Source of the DNA: Actinomycetota bacterium
Lineage (GTDB): Bacteria; Actinomycetota; UBA4738; HRBIN12
DNA: 45,976 nt
Direction: 5' to 3'
Assembly (NCBI GenBank): GCA_046723385.1
Contig: JBKOUM010000138.1
Span: 1-45,976 of the forward strand
The notes beneath the pieces were generated by a model. It saw nothing but the letters and a program-made list of their open reading frames with translations. It was not told the DNA's origin and made no database searches. Both the position numbers and the translations under genes were made by a program. Below, in pieces: positions 34,940-44,500 of the stretch (the first letter of the stretch is position 1; each line of letters begins with the position of its first letter).

Positions 34940-35764
34940 CTAGGACGGCGTGTACGAACGCTCGACGGGCAGCACGAACGCGTCGAACGGATGACCCTTG
35001 AGCGAGAGGTGGCGCCGCTCGTGCGCGCCGTCGGCCAGGGTGGCCGAGGCCGCCGCCACGTCTCCGACCAGGATCTCGCCGACGCCGGCCTGCGCCGCCA
35101 GGTGCGCGGCGATGTTGACCGGGTCCCCGAGCGCGGTGAAGTCGCTCGCCCCTCCGGACGCGACCATCCCGACGAACGCCATCCCCGTGTGCACGCCCAC
35201 ACCGAGCGGGATCCAAGGGCCGCCGGCCGAGCCGTGGCCGGTGGCCCGCAGGAGCTCGCGCGCGACGTCGATCGCGCGGCCGGCGTGGTCCGGACCGGTC
35301 ATGAACGGAAGGAAGAGGCCGGCGACCTCGTCGCCGATGAACTTCTCGACGATCGCGTCGCCGTCGATCAGGATCGCGCGGGATCTCGTGTAGAAGCGCT
35401 GCATCAGATGGGCGAACTCCCAGGCGGGCATCCGGCGCGCGAGCTCGCTCGAGCCTCGGACGTCGGCGAACAGCATCGAGACCTCGACCTCGGCGCCCGC
35501 GACCGTGCCGTCGTCGTCCGAGCCGGGACACGACTTCGCGTGCTCCATCATCCCCTTGAAGCACCGGCCGCAGATGTTGGGGTTCTTCTCCCACGGCCCG
35601 TACCCGTACCGGCGGAAGAGCGTGGCGCCGGGATGGCCGAAGGGAGCGGCGCAGAGCTTGCAACGCGGACCCGACGGGACCCAGCGGAACGGTTTGTGCT
35701 GGAGGTGCGGGTGCGTGCCGTTGAGCATCGCCCGCCATGCCTCTTCGGGGGTCATGTCAACCAT
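34940..35764 (-). CDS. class III adenylate/guanylate cyclase with Cys-rich N-terminal module
   Basis: CKLCAAPF...CGRCFKGMMEHAKSC, then MLFADVRGSS, EKFIGDEVAGLF, GVGVHTG and DFTALGDPVNIAAHL. Confidence 0.85.
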   Translation of the reverse strand: MVDMTPEEAWRAMLNGTHPHLQHKPFRWVPSGPRCKLCAAPFGHPGATLFRRYGYGPWEKNPNICGRCFKGMMEHAKSCPGSDDDGTVAGAEVEVSMLFADVRGSSELARRMPAWEFAHLMQRFYTRSRAILIDGDAIVEKFIGDEVAGLFLPFMTGPDHAGRAIDVARELLRATGHGSAGGPWIPLGVGVHTGMAFVGMVASGGASDFTALGDPVNIAAHLAAQAGVGEILVGDVAAASATLADGAHERRHLSLKGHPFDAFVLPVERSYTPS

Positions 35765-35803
35765 GGTCGGACGGAGTATCGCAAGGGCGGCACCGCTCGT
35801 GTA

Positions 35804-38674
35804 TCAGCCGTTCCCCTGAGCCTGTTCGGCCGTGGCGGCGCCGAGCCGCTCGGCCAGCACGCGCATCACGGCGAGGGCGACGTCGGGCCGCTCCGCGATC
35901 ATGCTCTCGAACTCCCGGCGACCGATCGAGATCGTCCGGACATCCCCCTCGACCACGAGCGAAGCCACGCGCGGCGCGCGCGAGATGATGGACATCTCGC
36001 CCACCACGTCGCCGGGGACCCGCCGGGCGACCGTGGCGGCCGACCCGTCCCGGTCCCTGACGACGTGGATCGTGCCGGCGAGGATGATGTGGAGCTCTTC
36101 GCCGATCTCTCCCTCGTGCCCGATCACGTCGCCGTCGACGTACGTCCTCTCCTCGGCGATCGCCGCGACCCGGAGGAGCTCCGCGGGGGAGAGATCAGCG
36201 AACAACGGGATCCTCCGGAGCTCGAGCACGCGCTCCATCGGCGACATCGACATCTTCTCGGTCGTCATCTGATCTCCTCGTTCTCTGGTCCGTTCGTCGG
36301 CCCGTTCCACGAGCTCGGCACACGATCGGATGACGACGTCATCGTCGACGAGCGCCTCGGTCAACCATCGATCGTCGCGGCGCGGCGGCGCGGCCGGGTC
36401 GGCCTCCCACAGCGCGATCAGCGACCTGGCGAGCGGCGCCCGCGCCGCGACCTCCATCGTCTCGAGCGCCGTCGCGAGCTGTTCCGAGCCGTTCGGCTCG
36501 AGGTTCTCGAGGGCCGCCCGCATCGCCGTGCCGTCCTCGCTCACGAGCGCGAGCGCCGACAGGGACACGAGCGCGTGCCGGAGCGCTCGGGCGCGCAGCG
36601 CATCGTGGAGCAAGCCGGTCGCGTCGCCGTCGTGGGGGACGGATGCCGCGAGGGCGTGATCGCGCAAGGCTCGCTCGGCGCGGTCCTCGACGAGCGCGTG
36701 GATCGCCTGGGCGTGACCGCCGAGATCGAGGCCGATCAGAGCGTCGAAGGCGGCCGCCCGGACGGACGCGTCGGGCGCGCCGAGGGCATCGAGCGCCGCC
36801 GGCACGACTCCATCGGCTCCGGCCGACGCGAGGGCCTCGATCGCGGCGGCCCGGACGGCCGGGATGGGATCGGTCGTGAGCCTGACGGCGAGCGCGGCGT
36901 CGGGGGTCGCCGCGGCGCCGAGCTCACGCACCACCGCGAGCCGGACCTCCGCGTCCTCGTCGCCCAGGAGATCGTCGACGACCTCCCGCGCGTCCTCGCG
37001 CGCGGACGTCTGCAGGAGCGCGACGGCCGCCGCCGCCCGGACGCCGGGACCGGGGTCGGCGAGCAGCTCGCGCAGTCGATCGGGCCCGGCTCGGGATCCG
37101 AGCGCCGACACGGCGGCCAGACGGACGTCCGGGTCAGGATCGGCGAGCGCCGCCGGCACGATCGTCGTCTCGTCCCGTTCGATCAGACCGCGGACGGCCT
37201 TCGCCCGGACGAGGGCGTCGTCGTCCGTGGCGGCCTCCAACAACGCGTCGCGGGCGTCCGAGCTCGACGCGGCGGCGAGCATCTCGACGGCGAGGCGCCG
37301 GATCCGAACGTCCTCGTCGTGGGCGGCCCGGAGCGCGAGGTTCATCGCCTGACCCTCCTGCTCGAGGACGATGGGGGTGCCGCCGAGGACCCCGACCTCG
37401 AACACGCTCGGCCGCCCGCTTCGGAGCGCGTCGACCAGGGCGCCGGCGTAGGAACGGCGGATCCGCCACGCCGCGTAGATCGTGATCGCGGAGCACCCGA
37501 GGCCGATCGACGCGAGCTGCCGAGCGGACAGGACGTCTTGGCCGACCAGCTGGACCACGCCGGCGATCGCGGTCCCCACCTGCGTGGGCCCCCCGTTCAG
37601 GAACGCGCGGGTCTGGTCGCGCCGCGATTCGGGGACGACGTTGATCAGCGTCTCCCACGACGGCGACGCCACGCCCTGGAGCCAGACGTTGACGACGAAG
37701 CGGATCACGACCAGCGTCGTGAACGCGGAGCTCACGAGCAGGACGCCGAACGCGCCCGCGTACAGCACCGGGAGGACCAGGACCAAGAGCGCGGCGCCGA
37801 ACCAGCCGAGCAGCCGGTTCGTGAACGCGATCGCGACGAGGAACGCCGCGCCGGTCACGACGGCCCAGAACGCGCCGAGGAACCCGGCGAGGGCGTCGGG
37901 ATCTTGGAAGCGGAGCGAGGCGGCCTCCGCGAACGGCAGGTACAGCGAGAAGAACAGGACCGAGAACAGGACGGCGGCGACCATCATCCACATCAGGAGC
38001 GGGGAGCTCCGGACCGAGGCCAGCCCCCGCGCCAGCTCGCGGGTCCGCGACACGCGCCGCCGCCCAGCTGTGCGTGCGCGGCCCCGATCCCGGCCGAGGA
38101 TCCCGACGCAGAGAGCGGCGGATCCGGCGATCGCGGCAGCCCATACGAGCAGGAGGTTCTCTGCCCCGATCGTCCGAGCGAGCGGACCCGTGACGAGGCC
38201 CCCCACGATCGCGCCCAGGATGCTGCCCGCCCCGAACAGCGGGAACAGGCGCTTGGCGCGTCGCGTGTCGGTGACCAACCCCGCGGTCCCCCAGGTGGTG
38301 ATCGCCTCCAGCAGCATCCCGAGCGACGCGGTCAGCCACAGCAGCTCGTAGACCCACCGTGCCTGCCCGATCGCGAGGCTGCGTTCGATCACGATCGCGG
38401 CGGAGAGCGCGAGCAGCAGCCCGGCGTAGGTGCGCCGCTGGTCGCCGTGCCCCAGTGACCCGGTGAGCACGAGCATCGCGGCGAGCCCGGTGGCCCCCTG
38501 GAGCAGGTACATCAGGGGGAGAGCGGACGTGCCCACCCGATCGAAGAACAGGGCGCCGACCCCGCTCTCACCGATCGTCTGACCGGCGACCGTGACGAAC
38601 ATCAGCGTCACGACGAGCGCGACCGTGCGGCCCTCGCCGGGTGGTACCCGAAGCACGCGCGCGAGCCGCCTCAA
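35804..38674 (-). CDS. TLC/MFS-like polytopic transporter domain + HEAT repeats + C-terminal cyclic-nucleotide-binding domain protein
   Basis: TTG start with GGGAGG SD. About 12 TM N-terminal region. Repeated DPDPDVRLAAVSAL, DPGPGVRAAAAVAL and DPIPAVRAAAIEAL HEAT-like units. CNB domain RIPLFADLSPAELLRVA...GEMSIISRAPRVASLVV. Confidence 0.85.
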   Translation of the reverse strand: MRRLARVLRVPPGEGRTVALVVTLMFVTVAGQTIGESGVGALFFDRVGTSALPLMYLLQGATGLAAMLVLTGSLGHGDQRRTYAGLLLALSAAIVIERSLAIGQARWVYELLWLTASLGMLLEAITTWGTAGLVTDTRRAKRLFPLFGAGSILGAIVGGLVTGPLARTIGAENLLLVWAAAIAGSAALCVGILGRDRGRARTAGRRRVSRTRELARGLASVRSSPLLMWMMVAAVLFSVLFFSLYLPFAEAASLRFQDPDALAGFLGAFWAVVTGAAFLVAIAFTNRLLGWFGAALLVLVLPVLYAGAFGVLLVSSAFTTLVVIRFVVNVWLQGVASPSWETLINVVPESRRDQTRAFLNGGPTQVGTAIAGVVQLVGQDVLSARQLASIGLGCSAITIYAAWRIRRSYAGALVDALRSGRPSVFEVGVLGGTPIVLEQEGQAMNLALRAAHDEDVRIRRLAVEMLAAASSSDARDALLEAATDDDALVRAKAVRGLIERDETTIVPAALADPDPDVRLAAVSALGSRAGPDRLRELLADPGPGVRAAAAVALLQTSAREDAREVVDDLLGDEDAEVRLAVVRELGAAATPDAALAVRLTTDPIPAVRAAAIEALASAGADGVVPAALDALGAPDASVRAAAFDALIGLDLGGHAQAIHALVEDRAERALRDHALAASVPHDGDATGLLHDALRARALRHALVSLSALALVSEDGTAMRAALENLEPNGSEQLATALETMEVAARAPLARSLIALWEADPAAPPRRDDRWLTEALVDDDVVIRSCAELVERADERTRERGDQMTTEKMSMSPMERVLELRRIPLFADLSPAELLRVAAIAEERTYVDGDVIGHEGEIGEELHIILAGTIHVVRDRDGSAATVARRVPGDVVGEMSIISRAPRVASLVVEGDVRTISIGRREFESMIAERPDVALAVMRVLAERLGAATAEQAQGNG

Positions 38675-38746
38675 CCCGCCTCCCGTCGGTGACGCGTCGG
38701 GGCGGTTGGCGCCCCGATCGGATCCGGCTCAGGATAGCGACGCATC

Positions 38747-39299
38747 ATGGCCAGGTTGATCTACTCGGCGCTCGCGTCCCTCGACGGGTACGTCGCGGAC
38801 CGGGACGGCACCTTCGACTGGGCCGCCCCCGACGACGAGGTGCACGGGTTCATCAACGACCTCCAGAGACAGGTCAGCACGATGCTGCTCGGACGGCGCA
38901 TGTACGACGTGCTCGTGGCGTGGGAGACGATCGATACGGCCGGGGAGCCCGACGCGATCCGGGACTTCGCCGACCTGTGGCTCGCCACCGACAAGGTGGT
39001 GTACTCGAGGACGCTGGAACGCGCGGCGAGCGCCCGGACCAGCATCGAACGTGACTTCGATCCCGAGGCGATCCGACGCATGAAGGCGACCGACGATCGG
39101 GATCTGAGCATCGGGGGTCCGAACCTGGCCGGCCGGGCGATCAGGGCGGGGCTCGTGGATGAGATCGGACCGTTCGTCAGCCCGATCTCGGTCGGAGGCG
39201 GGACCGCCGTTCCCCGACGACGTCGAGGTGAGGCTTCAGCTGCTCGACGAGCGCCGGTTCGGCAGCGGCGTCGTGTACCTCCGCTACCGGATCCGGTAG
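38747..39299 (+). pseudogene. dihydrofolate-reductase-family (RibD_C) gene with a frameshift near the 3' end (or an assembly error)
   Basis: Frame 1 reads MARLIYSALASLDGYVADRDGTFDW...LVDEIGPFVSPISVGGGTAV, then degenerates into PRRRRGE... The conserved family C-terminus FPDDVEVRLQLLDERRFGSGVVYLRYRIR* is in the +1 frame from 39210 and stops at 39297-39299. Confidence 0.6.
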
Positions 39300-39308
39300 T
39301 CCGACCCT

Positions 39309-39803
39309 TCAGGACGCGGACGTCGCGGCCGAACGACGGCGGAGCCTCCCGGCATCGGCGTCGTCGTGCGACTCGCCCTGCATCACGGATCGGCCGATGA
39401 ACACGGCGCCCTCGGCGATCGCGAGCGCTCGGGACGTGATGTCGCCCTCGACGCGGGCGAGTGGTCCGAGCGATGCCCTGCCGTTGACCGTCACGTCGCC
39501 ATCGACGGTGCCTCCCACGTCCGCGTTGCGCGCTCGGATGTTGCCATCGAGCCGGCTCTCGGCCGGCAGCGACACGTCGCCGGAGGCGTCCAGGTCGCCC
39601 TTGACCTGACCGGCCAGGGTGATGCTCTCGGCCTTGATGTTCGCTTGCACGCGGCCGTGCGGCGACAGGGACACTTCGCCGCGCGCCGTGATGTTGCCGA
39701 GGACCTCTCCCTCGACCCGGAGCGAGCCGGCCGCCATCACCGATCCCTCGATCTTGGTTCCTCGGCTCACCACCGAGATCTGGTCATCATCCGTTCCCGC
39801 CAT
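39309..39803 (-). CDS. bactofilin-family cytoskeletal protein
   Basis: ATG at 39803 follows GAAGGAGG. Repetitive beta-helix pattern: GTKIEGSVMAAGSLRVEGEVLGNITARGEVSLSPHGRVQANIKAESITLAGQVKGDL... Confidence 0.85.
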   Translation of the reverse strand: MAGTDDDQISVVSRGTKIEGSVMAAGSLRVEGEVLGNITARGEVSLSPHGRVQANIKAESITLAGQVKGDLDASGDVSLPAESRLDGNIRARNADVGGTVDGDVTVNGRASLGPLARVEGDITSRALAIAEGAVFIGRSVMQGESHDDADAGRLRRRSAATSAS

Positions 39804-39964
39804 GCGCGCCTCCTTCGTGACGATCCGATCGGTCGACCGCGCTTCGAGGGTCCCGACCGGGCACCCTACGCCATCCCGGGTCCCGTGTTCCACGGAGGGG
39901 GTGCTCCTCTGAACCCCTCCCGACGCCCACCCGTAGTACCACGAAGCCCGATCCCAGGGAGGGG

Positions 39965-41317
39965 ATGCCCGTGCTCAGACGCATGGCTTCGTTGTGTGCC
40001 GTCGTCGTCCTCACGGGGGCGATGGCGTCGGTGTCCACGGTCCGTGCGGACCCGATGGGCCCCAACTCGTACCACGTGACGCGGCTGGTCTCGGACCAGG
40101 CCGGCCACGCGCTCCACGTCGATCCGAACCTCGTGAACGCGTGGGGATTGACGGCGGGGCCGACCACGCCGTGGTGGGTCGCCGACAACGAGACGAACGT
40201 CTCGACGCTCTACGACGGCACCGGGACCGCGATCCCGCTCGTCGTGTCGGTCCCCGGCGCGCCGACCGGGGCCGTGTTCAACGGGAGCCCGGGATTCGTG
40301 GTGAGCCACGGCGGCGCCTCGGGGCCGTCGCTGTTCCTGTTCTCCACGGAGGCCGGGAAGATCTACGGCTGGAACCCGGGCGTGCCCCCACCGTCGCCGT
40401 CCACGCACGCGTTCTTCGTGGCGGGGCGTGCGTGGGCGGGCGCCGTCTACAAGGGCCTCGCGATCGCGACCGCCTCCGAGGGTCCGCTGCTGTACGCGAC
40501 CGACTTCCACAACGGTCGTGTCGACGTGTTCGATGACACGTTCCAGCGCGTCCACCGGCACGCGTTCGTCGACCCGAACATCCCCGACCGGTTCGCGCCG
40601 TTCGGGATCCAGGCGCTCGGCGGCAACATCTTCGTGACCTATGCCGAGCGGGACCCCGCGACGGACGACGACGTGCAGGGACCGGGGCTCGGGTTCGTGG
40701 ACATGTTCGATCCCGAGGGGAACCTCTTGGGTCGCGTTGCTTCTCGTCACGCGCTCAACGCCCCATGGGGCCTCGCGTGGGCGCCGAGCGACTTCGGACG
40801 GTTCAGCGGAGACCTGCTCGTCGGCAACTTCGGCGACGGCCGGATCATCGCCTACGAGCCGCGGTCGGACGGCGGGTTCGAGAAGGTCGGCGTGCTCCGC
40901 CGGGCCAACGGAACCGTGATCCGGATCGATGGGTTGTGGGCGCTCGAGTTCGGGAACGGCGCAGCCGCCGGTCCGACGAACTCGCTGTTCTTCACGGCCG
41001 GGCCCGACGACGAAGCGCACGGTCTCTTCGGGATGATCGAGGCGAACCACCCGACCACCTCAGTCGGCGACGGGGCGAGGCGGCGGCGGCGATCCGGAGG
41101 ATCGCCGCCGCCCTCACGGCTCCTCCGTCGTCGCGGGTCCCTCCACGTTCACGACCGACTCGCCGGATCCCGACCTGCACACGACCAGCTCGGATGGCTC
41201 GGAGCTCGGATTGCTCTCACGGTGGATCGCCCCGCGGGGCACGAACAAGAAGTCGCCGGGTCCGGCGTCGAGCACCTCACGTCCTTCCCCGCCGAACTCC
41301 ATCCGGAGCGCCCCTGA
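39965..41317 (+). CDS. TIGR03118-family secreted beta-propeller-like protein (with an atypical ~90-aa 3' extension)
   Basis: Signal peptide. NLVNAWGLTAGPTTPWWVADN, FLFSTEAGKIYGWNP, AVYKGLAIA, FAPFGIQALGGNIFVTYA, LNAPWGLAWAPSDFGRFSGDLLVGNFGDGRI, IDGLWALEFGNG and LFFTAGPDDEAHGLFGMI match my recollection of this family. Confidence 0.8.
   Translation: MPVLRRMASLCAVVVLTGAMASVSTVRADPMGPNSYHVTRLVSDQAGHALHVDPNLVNAWGLTAGPTTPWWVADNETNVSTLYDGTGTAIPLVVSVPGAPTGAVFNGSPGFVVSHGGASGPSLFLFSTEAGKIYGWNPGVPPPSPSTHAFFVAGRAWAGAVYKGLAIATASEGPLLYATDFHNGRVDVFDDTFQRVHRHAFVDPNIPDRFAPFGIQALGGNIFVTYAERDPATDDDVQGPGLGFVDMFDPEGNLLGRVASRHALNAPWGLAWAPSDFGRFSGDLLVGNFGDGRIIAYEPRSDGGFEKVGVLRRANGTVIRIDGLWALEFGNGAAAGPTNSLFFTAGPDDEAHGLFGMIEANHPTTSVGDGARRRRRSGGSPPPSRLLRRRGSLHVHDRLAGSRPAHDQLGWLGARIALTVDRPAGHEQEVAGSGVEHLTSFPAELHPERP
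41082..41112. terminator. perfect 14-bp GC-rich hairpin between convergent genes (putative bidirectional terminator without a U-tract)
   Basis: GGCGGCGGCGATCC-GGA-GGATCGCCGCCGCC. It begins 1 nt beyond the cupin stop codon (41114-41116) and lies just after the conserved end of the TIGR03118 domain. Confidence 0.45.
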
Positions 41318-41497
41318 CAGCACGTAGATCGCCGTCTCGTGATCGCCGTGATGGTGCCAGCCGGAAACCATGCCGGCGTCGGTGCGGACCAGGCCCGACC
41401 ACATCCCGTTCGTGGCGATCGCCTGCTCCCTGATCATCCCCGGCGTCGGCGCGCCTGGGACGCGCTCTCCAGGACCGATGCGTCGAACCTCCGCCAC
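41114..41497 (-). CDS. cupin-domain protein
   Basis: 127 aa. Cupin motifs GWHHHGDHETAIYVLSG and GDFLFVPRGAIHRESN. Confidence 0.85.
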   Translation of the reverse strand: MAEVRRIGPGERVPGAPTPGMIREQAIATNGMWSGLVRTDAGMVSGWHHHGDHETAIYVLSGALRMEFGGEGREVLDAGPGDFLFVPRGAIHRESNPSSEPSELVVCRSGSGESVVNVEGPATTEEP

Positions 41498-41546
41498 CGA
41501 ACGCCCCTCACGACGTCTCCTCCTGCGAAGGCTACCGCCCCCTACC

Positions 41547-41552
41547 TAGACT
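41547..41552 (+). promoter_or_regulatory. putative -10 hexamer (TAGACT) for a leaderless transcript of the second STAND-cyclase gene
   Basis: TAGACT TGCGGC GTG. This is a TANNNT hexamer 6 nt before the GTG start at 41559, with no SD. Confidence 0.3.
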
Positions 41553-41558
41553 TGCGGC

Positions 41559-44500
41559 GTGACCACCTGCGCGTCGTGCGGAGCCGAGAACGCCGACGCC
41601 GCGAGGTTCTGCGTCCGGTGCGGCGCGGCCCTCGCGACGTGCGAACGCTGCGGCGCCGAACTCCCGGCCGACGCCGATTTCTGCCCGGCCTGCGGTCTCC
41701 GCGTGTCGATGCCGGTGCCCGTCGGCGAAGAGCGCAAGCGCGTGACGATCCTCTTCGCCGACCTCGCCGGTTCGACCCCTCTCGGTGAGCAGCTCGACCC
41801 TGAGCGGCTGCGGGAGGTCATGGACTCGTTCTTCGGTGCGATGCGCCGCGAGATCGAGGCCGAGGGCGGGACGGTCGAGAAGTACATCGGCGACGCGGTC
41901 GTGGCGGTGTTCGGCGTCCCGACGGCGCACGAGGACGATCCGACACGCGCGCTCCGTGCCGCGCTGAGGATGCGCCGCGGTCTCGATCACCTGAACCGTT
42001 CCCTCGAGGAGGACCATGCGCTCCGCCTAGCGATGCGCATCGGCGTCAACACGGGAGAGGTCATCGCCCGCGTCCAGCCTGGCCCCGGCGAGGGGTTCGT
42101 GACCGGTGACGCCGTGAACGTGGCGGCGCGACTCGAGCAGGGCGCCGATCCCGGCCAGATCCTCGTCGGCGAACGCACGGCGCGAGCCGCGCGCGGCGTG
42201 CGGTTCACGGAGCTTGGGCCGCTCATCCTGAAGGGGAAACAGACGGAGGTCCGCGCCTTCGAGTTGCTCGACGAGGACGTCGCCGAGCCCAGGACCGCGC
42301 AGCGCAGCGACAGCCGCCTCCACCGAACGCCCATGGTGGGGCGCGGGACCGAGCTCACGATGGTGAAGAGCGTCTTCGACCGGTGCGTGGCCGATCGCCG
42401 GCCGCACCTCGTGACGGTGTACGGCGACGCCGGCGTCGGCAAGACGAGGCTCGTCGAAGAGTTCGCCACCTGGACCGCCGACCTTCCCCAGCCGCCGGTC
42501 GTGATCAGCGGACGATGCCTCTCCTACGGCGAGGGGGTCACGTACTGGCCGCTCGGCGAGATCCTGAAGGCCCACGCCGGGATCCTGGACACCGATCCGC
42601 CCGAGCTCGCGATCGAGAAGATCCGGAAGGTCGGGGACGAACTGATCACGGCCGACGTCTCGACCGATCCCGCTCGCGCGAGCGCGGCGCTCGCGTACAC
42701 GATCGCGCTCGAGGACCCGGATGGGTCGCTCGCCGGGTCGGATCCTCGCGAGGTGCGCCACAACCTCCACGCGGCCTGGCGGTCGTTCTTCTCCGCGCTG
42801 GCCAGATCCGGCCCGGTGCTCGTCGTCGTGGAGGACATCCATTGGGCCGACCCGGCCCTGCTGGACCTGTTGGAGGACGCGGCGGATCGCAGCGAGGGTC
42901 CGCTGCTGTTCCTCTGCCCGGCGCGGCCCGAGCTCACCGCCCGCCGCCCCGAGTGGGGCGGCGGGCGGTGGAACCACTCGAGCCTGCTGCTCGAGCCGCT
43001 GTCGGCGACGGATTCCTCACACCTCCTCGACCTGCTCGTCGAGGGGGGCGCCGTTTCGAGCGAGCTCCGCACCCTGATCCTCGAGCGCGCCGGCGGGAAC
43101 CCGTTCTTCCTCGAGGAGATCGTCCAGCGCCTCCTGGACGAGCCGGCGGGCGTCGAGGACCTGGAGATCCCCGACACGGTGCAGGGGGTGCTCGCCGCCA
43201 GGATCGACCTCCTGACCCCCGTCGAGAAGCTGGTCCTGGAATCGGCATCCGTCGTCGGGCGGACGTTCTGGAACGGCGCCGTCGCGTCGCTGTTGGAGCC
43301 AGCTCCCGGTCCGCTCGAGCTCGACGACGTGCTGTGGCGCCTCGAGGACCGGGGGCTCGTCCACGGGCGGATCGGCTCGACGATCGTCGGGGAACGCGAG
43401 TTCGCGTTCCGGCACGTCCTCATCAAGGACGTCGCGTACGAGAGCCTCCCACGGCGGGACCGGGGCAGGGCGCACGCCCGCGTCGCCGGGTGGATCGAAG
43501 CACGAACGAAGGACCGCGAGCGGGGATTCGCCGAGCTGCTCGCGCATCACTACGAGCACGCGTACCACGCGATCGCGAGCGAGACCCGACCCGATCCCGA
43601 CGAGGTCGAGCGGCTCCGCGAGCGGGCGTTCCGCTTCGCCCTCATGGCCGGGAACGAGGCCGGGAGCAAACTGGCGCTCGAGCCGGCGGAGCGCTTCGGC
43701 GCGACCGCGCTGTCGCTCGCCGCCGGCCCGAGTGAACGGTCACGGGCTCTCGAAACCCTCGGGATGGTCGCGTTCCACGCGTACGACGGCGACCGCGCGT
43801 GGGCGTCCTTCAGGGAGGCGATCGATCTCCTCGCGGGAGGATCCGTCGCGGACCCCGCGTCGGGCGACCCGCGGGACCTCGCCCGCTTGTGCGCGATCGC
43901 GCTCGAGATCGTCACGCGAGCGCCGGGGACGATGCGGCACCGGATCGCCCGGACCGAGGGCGAGCGGTACCTGGAGATCGGTCTGTCGGCCGCCGGACCG
44001 GAGGACAGCGAGGAGCGCGCGCGGCTGCTCGTGGCGCGATCGTTCGCACCGGGTTCCGTCCGGGAGGCGTGGGATGACGACGAGGAGCTCGAGCGAGCGG
44101 TCGCGACGGGCGAGGAGGCTGCCGCGATGGCCCGCCGGCTCGGCCGCGTCGACCTGGAGTCGGCGGCGCTCGACGGGATCACCTCGGCGCACCAGTCACT
44201 CGGCCGGTACGGCCCGATGGAGGACCCGATCCGCCGGCGGCTCGAGCTGGCGCCGAAGCTTACCGATCCGTACGAGGTCGGCGACATCCACGCGATGGCC
44301 GCGTGGTGGGCGCTGAGCACGGGGCGGTACCGGGAGGCGGTCGGATTCGCGGACCGCGGATTCACGGGCGCATTGCCCGGGTCGCCCATGCAGGCGCTCT
44401 ACTGCGTGGATTTCCGAGCAGCGGCGCGGTTCCGCCTCGGCGATTGGGACGGGGTCCTCGCCGACGTCGACGTCGCCGAAGAGCTGATGGGCGAGCGGCG

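Noticed and set aside
34940-38674. Calling the cyclase/CNB pair a bona fide Pycsar defence system
   Set aside because: The cyclase has purine-type Lys/Asp specificity residues. The CNB protein is a 956-aa transporter/HEAT protein rather than a small TM or TIR effector. No other defence genes or mobile-element markers flank it. It is kept only as an analogy within a finding.
39300-39400. The 3' extension of ORF 38747..39400 as a real overlap with the bactofilin gene
   Set aside because: The extension is Arg-rich junk, while the conserved family C-terminus is found in the +1 frame and ends at 39299. A frameshift is the simpler explanation.
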